From positions 124,434,001-124,498,000 of the forward strand of contig OX597820.1 of assembly GCA_951406725.2 (NCBI GenBank): a stretch of DNA of 64,000 bases, written 5' to 3'. Every line of letters starts with the position of its first letter. Position 1 is the first letter of the stretch. Below the pieces are notes generated by a model, which saw only the letters and a program-made list of their open reading frames with translations, ran no database searches and was not told where the DNA came from. Below are positions 54,820 through 64,000 of the stretch, one piece after another. Origin of the DNA: Octopus vulgaris. Its lineage: Eukaryota. Made by a program: the position numbers and the translations under genes.

Positions 54820-57800
54820 ATATATACATATATCTATATATACATGTGTTTGTGTGTGTGTATGTATGTATGTGTGTGTGTATAAACATATGCTAATTCT
54901 GTGAGTGTATTTATTTTTACTTGGCAAATCTTCATAAAAAAATGTATAATATATTTTCCATAGAGTTCGGTTTTTAAACCGACAATTGAAAGAAATATAC
55001 ACCAGTAAAATTCTTTCACCTTTCATGCTTCGTTCATACTTTGGTACGTTTCATAGAAGTATCAGTTCTTCACTCAGGCTTTTAGATTAGTTTTATTCTG
55101 TTTTTAAAAAATGGCGGTGGTGGATTCTCATCTTTACTATATGAACTTGAATTTCGCATTTATCAGAGGACTCCTTATCAGAATGCAATCAATCATGAAT
55201 ATTTGTCCAAAGTGTTCATGATTAAGACATTCATATTTTTTCCTTTAGTCTTCCTTATCTTCTTTTGGTCACAGGTTTTCCTCCAAATCATATCGGGAAA
55301 TGTATTTATCTTCTTTCCAAGTATCGTTGATAATTTATTGGTTGCATACTTTTAAAGGTTCAATAATTGTTTGACGGACTAACGTTTCACATTAGCCTTT
55401 ATAAGTGTGAATTTCAAAGATATCTTCAAAACCAACAGGATTTTCTTATCGATATACTATAGCAATGTAGTTCTGTTTCCTGGAACGAAAGCTTCAATTG
55501 GTGTTACGTTTGAAGTATAACAAGATTCACTTATCTGAATGAAAATATACGTTGGTCTCTAAGCCATTCTTCTAGATGAAATGGGTAATAGTAAGAGAGA
55601 CATTTTGAACGAAGCATTCATATCGCCGGTAAAAAGAGTCGAACTTTGTACCTTTAGATTTCTATATAACCTGCAGACGACATTTCATGATTAAAAAACC
55701 AATTTTGGTTTTATATTCTCATAAAAACGCATAAGCAATGGATTATGTTCCAATTTTCTGTTATTTGACCATGTCATGGATATGAAGCATTCGCTTGTTG
55801 CTTTATGCGCTAATCCGCTTTTCTCCTTTAGAATAATTATTAGAGGATAAATCCAAAATAGCCCACCTTTGCCTATTTTAAAATCTAAGTTTAATGCATT
55901 TCAAATATGCTAGAAATTTTTATGAAGTTTGCATGTCATCACAGGCTAATATATCTGTTACAAGAATGCTATGAAAATTGGAATAGTTACTGAACGTATC
56001 AGGCAATCCATGACAAAATCAGACGCTTGATTGATTCATTTGATTCCTTGTTTCGGCTGCTTGAATAAATGAAAAAAGACTTTTGCAAGATAATGAATAG
56101 GGTGAATGATGACTGACGCAGTGACATATCGTCATGTCAAGCACTTAACATTTTTACTACATATTTTCCGTTATATCGCTTTATGACCGTATTTAGAAAC
56201 GCTGTAAATCACTTGACTTTTGCGTGGTAAATATCGTTTTGTGAGAGTGATTTATTGTGGAATTTTTAAAGCTTAAAGATCAAATACTATTGTCTTCGCA
56301 TAGACACATTTCGTATCCAACATTTTGTATAATTTTTTAACTGAATTTCTATTAGTGTGTATTTACGCTTTGTGTGGCGTGACAGGTGTCCTGAATGATT
56401 TATATATTTTTTTCACACCGTATTAAAAACGAAGACATCGTAGCAAATATTTTACATTAGAGCATGCCGGAATGCATGAGCGTGACAAGTGTAAGTGATT
56501 GAATGCATTTTTTGTGAGCGTTGATATAGCAGCAAGATGGATATTATAACGAAGTTCGAATTAAAAAAAAACTGGAATGACTCATGCAACGAAAACTGTT
56601 ATTTATTTCGTGATGTTGACTGTTAAATTGCTGCAGTCACGATTCGTTACACGGTTTCCTTCATAAAAACTAAGTAATTTTCTTTCACTATTTCCTTCTC
56701 TCTATACTGGACAAAGGCGCTTATCAGTGTTATGTATAAATACAGACTTGTTACCGGTTCAATTACACTTGAAGCTTATTCGAACTCGCGGAAAAGTCTT
56801 GCACCGTACTTGTCGCATTGAAAATTGTTTTACTCTAGACAGATAAATGTAAACACACTGACTACTTCGCAAGCGACCCTAACGAAAATGTAGGATGCAT
56901 GTAGTTCGGAGTTGTTATCTCTTCTTCAACAACAGAAATTGAAAATGCATATTAACATTTCACAAGGTATATCTGAGAGAGCCGTCTCGTATTACAATAT
57001 AATACAGAACGGGTTTATGTTAGAACCCCTTTCATGCAAGAACAAACATGGCAAAAGACACAGAAGAGTCGTATTTCTCAACTCCTAATATAGTCTAAAT
57101 GTCTATATAAACATATCTAGACGCTTTTTGACTCTGATCATTACTTATTTCTTACCACAATGAACTTTACTAAGATTTACAATTAGAGTATATTTAAGGA
57201 TTGTTGTAGCTGTCTGTGAAACATGGGTAACAATTTTTAAAATCAAAAATAGCTAAACTCACCATACCTACCAACCTCAAATGCAAGTTCACTGACAGGT
57301 GTAACTGCCCTCTCAACAACAATTTATATCAGAAGGTGAATTTCGATTCACATAGCATATGTACACGTGCGAACATGCTTGGATATGCAGGACAAAGGGA
57401 TAAAGAATACCCTCAAAATATAGAGTATAGCGGTGAACGCTATGATGTATCACGAACATGGCATTAAACATATTATTTGTATTATACAGAAAATAAACTA
57501 CTTATCTTTCCAGTTACCATCCTGAATGTGAGAAGAATCACTTTTTGCCTATTCGCAGCAATGAAATTCTAGCCGTTCCCGTTTAAGCACCAACGCCTCT
57601 ATCCCGTAGGAATTTATTTCTGAGACCAAATAATTTCAGATGATCTGGATTGGTAGAATTCTCAACATATACTATCACTTCCTTTTATTCAACTATTCAT
57701 TTAAATACTCACTCTGTTATTGAGATGGTATTTCATGATTAGAATCCTAAGGCTGCCACAGTTTGAAAGTTAACATGCAACAACAGTAGGTGTTGGAGAT

Positions 57801-59032
57801 TTTCACTCGTCAAAACTTCACAGGTCGATCATCCAATCACAAAAGTGATACGAACTGGAAATTTTTACACAAATATACGCTAACCAGACTATCTATACAG
57901 TATTTTCCAGGGAGAAGAATAAAAGTGTCCAGTTTTTTTTTAGAAAATCCTCTTGCCATTTATCGGATAGGAATACTTACCAATAAACTCCAGAGTAGTA
58001 GATAATTATAAACAGAGGTGCAATAATCAATGCAATCCCTGGATGATCCGTTCCATTTAACACATCTCTGCGTGAATAAGTGCACCAATGACATTAAAAT
58101 CTTGTGCTTTCCTTAGCATGTATATATATTTTCATCAACTGTAATGTCATAGTGTCATTTCTGATTTGAAATCCCAGCTCAATAACTGCTGATATTCCAT
58201 CATGTAAACCTGGGATTCCGAAAGACAATAAGCATCTCTATATGTGCATGTGTATTCACTTGTGGGCGTGTGTATATGTGTGTGTGTGTCTTGCTATATG
58301 TGTAGATTTTTCAGTGAATAGTATTTAGATAAATGTGTGTATATCTAACGTTATTTTTCTATGTTGTATATGAAAAATGTACATCCTTGAAAGTGGACAC
58401 AAGTGATCCTGATGTTATCCATTAGAATGCAGCTATGACTAAGACAGGCAAATCAATATATCCCCCAAATCTTCATGAAATATCGGGAAGCTAAATTCGC
58501 TTGAATAGTCAAACAATGAATAAATCAAAAGTCCACAGAAAGATCTTCCAAGGGAAAGAAAAACAAAAAAAAGAAAAAAACATTATATATAAATGAATAG
58601 ACAGCCAAAAAAAAGCCAAATAAAAATACAGATGGAAAAATATCCGAAAGCATCTGAAATTTCTCTTTTCCATTGGCAGAGTTTATAGATTAGGCTGGGA
58701 ATTAAACAGCAAAATGATGTTATTCGACAAATGCATGGTGTTTGGATTGAGAATATTGATTATTTTTCTCAATCGTATTAAGATGTTGAGAACCTAAAAC
58801 ACTAAGCTGAGATCGCATTGTGCCCTTGATTCCATATATAGTTTCCATGAGACAAGGTATCACGAGTAAATGAATATCCATCCTTTTTGCCAGCTCCTGT
58901 AAATCACAACGCAAAATTATGAATAATTGCGCGTGAAGTACTGTCGCTAGACACACACGCTCGCACATGTAGTTAAAGCGCGCGCGCTCACACAAAATCA
59001 TGCACTCACTCATCCATTGATACATTCATACA

Positions 59033-59101
<69 letters not shown>

Positions 59102-59931
59102 TGAGTACATTTAAACACATAAGAGATGGCCATAACAGGACATCTTACTCGCTAGAAAGAGTAGTGTAATTTCGTAAGAGAATGAAAAAATTTTTAAATC
59201 CCTATATTTTCTGGACTATGCATAATTTTAAGCAATCTTTTGTAAATAAAATAATTTACAATTGGCGAAGCTCCCATCACCAGGAAAGCCAAGATTAACA
59301 CATAAAAACGAGGCGATAAAGAACATGCTTCGTGTTTATATGATATAGATTTTCAAAATCCACGGCGCACGGTCGGTTTTTATCGGCAGCAATTACAGAG
59401 AGTGCCGATTTTCTTTCAAAATTTTATCATTAATTAATAAACCTTAGAGTAAAGGTATTTATTATTTTCCTTCCCTTTCGAAATTACATCTAACTGTGGT
59501 TTGTAGCTTAACTACTCTTTCTAGCGAGTCAGATGTCCCATTATGACCAACTCTTATGTGTTCAAATGTACACTGTATTTTTATATGAATAATATGTAGT
59601 CTTTCGACTATTTGTATTCTCGCTAGACCACTGGTTGCAAATAATTTTTTCTAAATCGTTTTGCTACCCGAAGATTTATTAATATATATATATATATTTC
59701 TGTCAGCCTTTTTTCGAGTAGCGTGCGTATTGTGAAAAAATTATATGGTTAATGGACAATATGTCCAATTTTTCGGCATATTTGGCATTCGAATTTTTTT
59801 CGTTTGCCCTCATTTATGAAGTGTTTATAAATTTAACCGTTAAAGGTATTTTTTAATATGCTGGCCATTGATAACATTTTTTCCGAGAAAATATTTTTTT
59901 CGAAAAGAATTTTATCCTCACATTTGATATA

Positions 59932-59978
<47 letters not shown>

Positions 59979-60087
59979 CACCAGGTGGTGCTATTAAGTT
60001 AGACATGGCCTGGGCCAATAATGGCCGAAACCTATCAAAGTATCAAAGTATCAAAGTATATATATATATACATATATATGTATATAT

Positions 60088-60297
60088 AGTTAACCCAAAC
60101 AAGAAAGCACAGAAAAACACAACAAAACGAGGACGTGGAACAAATATAATATTATTGGACGCTCAGGAAAGAAGGAAAGAAGGAGGGTTTAACGTTTCGA
60201 GCGGAGCTCTTCCTCGGAAACATAGGAGAAGGAAAGATCCAGAGAAGTGAAGACAGAGGGAAAAAAATCGCCAACGGTACACACGCGGTCACATTTA
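60088..60297 (-). repeat. (TA)n-abutting repeat with minimal HHR-like motif (core substituted)
   Basis: Reverse complement ttt-CCGAGGA-A-gagc tcc gctc-GAAAC-GTT-aaa (about 60188-60220), with loopless stem III AACGTT. Confidence 0.65.
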
Positions 60298-60333
60298 CAC
60301 ACACATACATACAAACGTATGTATAAATATATA

Positions 60334-61158
60334 GCAAGTCGTAACTAGTCGATCCTACGACTACCTACCGCGAGTGCGCGTATGCATTAATTGTTTGCGC
60401 GTATGCAAAAAAAACAGGGTTCGTTTTTAAAGCAAAATAAATAATTTTTTATACAAAGTAAATATTTTTACACTAAGTAAATATTTTAAACAAAGTAAAT
60501 AATTTTTTTTTAAAACAAAGTAAATATTTTTTTCTTCTCAACAAAATAAATATTTTTTTAAAATAAATTAAATAAAATACCTGCTTTTGGTCCCCCCACA
60601 CCATCATAGTCTTAAAACCTCGTTTTACGTTCTTCTAATAACTTTCAACCGAATTTCTATGAACATTTGCTTTTTACTCTTTTCCTTGTTTCAGTCATTT
60701 GAGTGTGACCATGCTGGAGCACCGCATTTAGTCGAGCAAATCGATTCCAGGACTTCTTCCTTGTAAACCTAGTACTTATTCTATCGGTCTCTTTTGCCGA
60801 ACCGCGAAATTACGGGGACGTAAACACACCGGCATCGGTTGTCAAGCGATGTTTGGGGGACAAACAGACACACAAACATGTACACACGCATACATATATA
60901 CGACGGCTTTTTTCAGTTACCGCCTACCAAATCCACTCATAAGGCTTTGGTTTGCCCGAGGCTATATTAGAAGACACTTGCCCAAGGAGCAGCGCATTGG
61001 GACTGAGCCCGGAACCATGAGATTCGTAAGTTTGTTTAGAAAAAATAATTTACTTTGTTTAAACAATTACTTTTGTTTAGAAAAAAAACCCATCCATTAA
61101 TTTGCATACGCGCACTAGCGCTCGGTAGTCGTTGTAGAATCGTCTAGTCACGACTAGC
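60334..61158. mobile_element. MITE with long imperfect TIRs and TA TSD, interrupted by a SINE
   Basis: Left gcaagtcgtaactagtcgatcctacgactacc...gtgcgcgtatgca versus right tgcatacgcgcac...ggtagtcg..tagaatcgtctagtcacgactagc. TA occurs on both sides. Confidence 0.75.
60672..61030 (-). mobile_element. SINE family A (5'-truncated) nested in the MITE
   Basis: Reverse match to the 51771 copy. Confidence 0.85.
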
Positions 61159-61341
61159 TAGTCCGGTTGCGCGAGTACGCGAGTGCGCGCATCAGGACTA
61201 CTCTTCTACTATAAATCTACTATAATCTACTATAAATGAAAATTGTCGAAAATATTGTGACATATATCATTTGAGATGATTATTTTGTTGTTGCTTTTGT
61301 TTTTGTTCTGATTTGTTTTTGTTCTGATTCGGTGCCGATAT

Positions 61342-61459
61342 ATGGTCAGACATCACGGAGTTTCGGTTTTAGTTGTGTTTAATATATTCCTTCTTTCAAC
61401 CTCTTTCGGCCTCACTTTTCAAAGAATACTGAAGGAGTGGCTCTCTAGACAGGACAAGT
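61342..61459 (+). CDS. Possible first coding exon of a secreted protein (unverified)
   Basis: MVRHHGVSVLVVFNIFLLSTSFG-LTFQRILKEWLSRQDK has a signal-peptide-like profile and is followed by a GTATGT donor at 61460. TATAAA occurs at 61210 and 61231. No downstream exon was found. Confidence 0.3.
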
Positions 61460-61465
61460 GTATGT

Positions 61466-61575
<110 letters not shown>

Positions 61576-62005
61576 AGAAACATCAGGAGCAGTTGTTATT
61601 GTGGGAGTAATAGTCGAGGTGGTGAGAGCAGTAATAGTAATGACAATTGTTTTATTCGTGGTGGTGGCGGCAGCGGTAGTAGCAGTAAAGGCAAAGGTGG
61701 GTGGCAGTGGTAGTAGTAGCAATGTTGGTATTAAAATAGTGTGTATTTGCACGAAATAATACAAGTAGCTATTATGGTATTCGCAATCATAGAGATTATA
61801 AAGGCATTTTTAATATCATTAATAAAATATTTAAGTTATTAACTAAAAAGAAAAGAAGTGAGGAGAAAAGTTAACGGAAAACCGGGAAATAAGAGGAATT
61901 ATTAAAAAAATATAATAGTGTGCAAATAAATAAAACCAAATAAAGATAAATTAACATTAACAAATACATAAGCCTAAAAGAGCCGATAAAAGAAAATATA
62001 GTATA

Positions 62006-62210
62006 TTCTTTTACTTGTTTCAGACATCTGATTGCAGTCATGCTGGACCTTTAGTCAGATAAATTGACCCGGGACTTATTCTTTGTAAGCCTAATACTTA
62101 TTTTATCGGTCTCTTTGCCGAACCGCTAAGTTTAGGGGACGTAAACACATCGACGTCGGTTGCCAAGCGATGTGGGAGACAAATACAGTCACACACCAAA
62201 TCCACTTACA
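62006..62210 (-). mobile_element. SINE family A 3' fragment
   Basis: ttgacccgggacttattctttgtaagcc...ctttgccgaaccgctaag. Confidence 0.8.
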
Positions 62211-62624
62211 ATAACTTTTGGTTTTTGCATAATCGTATGAATTCCCAAGTATAGAAGACAAATTCGTTAAACAATTCTAAAATTTTCAAAAAATAAAAGA
62301 AAGGTATGAAGGATTATATGTCGTTCATAAAGGAACATTTTTCCAGTATTTAATTTGTTTGCAAATGTCAGCTTCCAAATCTTATTTTCTGACTGGGTAA
62401 CAATGATCAAATTTGAAACCTCTGTAACCTTTTTAAACGTTGTTCTGGAATGAGTTAAAATATCCGCTGAGATTCAGTGTGGAAACTTGCATCAATACAT
62501 CACATTTTAAAATGTTCACTAATCTTTAAAATTTCCACAGTTGCAGGCAAATAGAAATGGTCTAGGAAAAATCTTTAAAATTTTAAAATTAAAAAAGGAT
62601 AGAGAGATGCATGGTTTAAAGGCA

Positions 62625-62810
62625 TGTTACCTCCTTCGGTCATGAATGACCACAGGATTGCACTTAGAAAATTACCCTTCTAGGTACAAGTCCGGGCAAG
62701 GTTGTTTATGGAAGACCAGCATACCAGCCTCCCATCTCCACGCCACCGATGTTATCCAAAGGAAAGACAAAGGCCTATACAGCTTGGCATCAGTGACGTC
62801 GTAGCTCATT
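62625..62810 (-). mobile_element. SINE family C 3' fragment
   Basis: Reverse match to 37150-37345. Confidence 0.8.
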
Positions 62811-62814
62811 TATT

Positions 62815-63116
62815 AACGTGCAAGTGGCTGAACATCCCACAGACACGTTTACATTTAACGTACTTCTCGGGGAGATTCAGCGTGACGCAGAGTGTGACAA
62901 GGCTGGCCCTTTGAAATACAGGTACAACAGAAACAGGAAGAAAGAGTGAGAGAAAGTTGTGATGAATGAGTACAGCAGGGTTCACCACCACCCCCTGCCG
63001 GATACTCGTGGAGCTTTAGGTGTTTTCACTCAATAAACACTCACAATGCTCGGTCTGGGAATCGAAACCGTGATCCTACGACCGCGAGTCCGCTGCTCTA
63101 ACCACTGGGCCTCCAC
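62815..63116 (-). mobile_element. tRNA-derived SINE sharing the family D head, with a different 3' half
   Basis: gggaatcgaaaccgtgatcctacgaccgcgagtccgctgctctaaccactgggcc matches 11505-11560. The body diverges left of ~62940. Confidence 0.75.
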
Positions 63117-64000
63117 AGGCGTACTTTAAAGGCGTACATGGTGTGAGAATGATGGATGTTATTCTATTCTCACCGTTGAGGCTGGGTTTATACTTCTGCA
63201 TAGAAATAGACTCGGTAATTTGTTTCAACATAGTATCAGAGGCATGTATAAACAAGATGTCTAGTCTCAGTCTACCTAAAGAACCATTGTGACAATCTAC
63301 AGCCTGCTAGCAGAAAACAGAGACAGGTCATTTCCCAGCAAGATTACTCCAATGTTCTTTGAACCTTTCACCGCTACTCGTGCAATTTCTTACCGACACT
63401 TTACCCGATATACACACTTCTTAGTCTTTCAGTTGTTATGTCGCTTTTTAGCACATTTTGCACAATTGCTTTGATAAGTGTCATTGTTAAATGCGTATAA
63501 GTTACACAGACTGCATTTCATAGTTATACCTGTCGTTTCTGTAACCTGAATCTTAAGAGTTTATGTTCGGAAGTCATTCTGAAATTCTCTAGCTAGTCTT
63601 GTCATGACCGTGGTGCCTTTAAAAGGAACCCTATCAGAACTCTTGTTGCCATACCAAGTACTATTTTTAGTCCACTTATCCACGTTTCTGTCTAAACTAT
63701 TCCCGTCATCATCATTTAGGATGCTCGAGTCGTTTCTTCGCTTCTTTATGCACCATATCATATTGTGTAAAGATATCCTTTTGAACAACTTAGAGCCAGG
63801 CAAAAAAACCTAGTTCAACATTGTTGAATAACTTTTTACTCTGATAAATCAACTCAAAGCATATTTCGATTGCGAAGTCTACATCAATTGATGGTTACAA
63901 CATGTATACTCTTATATATATATATTCATATATATGTACACACACACACACACTCACATACATACACACACATAAATATATCATCGTTCAATGATGATGA

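Noticed and set aside
59977-60040. ggcca-ataa-tggcc-GAAAC hairpin after TA
   Set aside because: It lacks the CUGANGA core. It may be a deleted HHR, but that is unsupported.

Overview
AT-rich eukaryotic genomic DNA dominated by (TA)n, (CA)n, (TAA)n and (GAA)n microsatellites. The repeat repertoire (tRNA-derived SINE families, R4/Dong-type and Penelope-like retroelements, mariners, Helitrons) suggests a coleoid cephalopod such as Octopus; this is inference only. No intact host gene is supportable, and almost all listed ORFs are microsatellite artefacts or transposon fragments. The main signal is a dense set of about 13 type I hammerhead ribozyme (HHR) motifs from at least 7 sequence families. 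Each has CUGANGA ... GAAA ... NUH, readable stems I/II and a very short, usually self-complementary stem III. They lie in elements that mostly abut (TA)n tracts and often show Penelope-like tandem or 5'-inverted architecture, including a near-identical 3 x 560 bp tandem with an inverted copy (52.6-54.4 kb) and a 248 bp palindrome (41.9-42.4 kb). Other notable items are a young R4/Dong-like element in (TAA)n, a 77% GC 128 bp insert with a perfect 20 bp target-site duplication, and a 54 bp templated insertion identical to a site 10.5 kb away. All folds were read by eye, and cleavage activity is untested.
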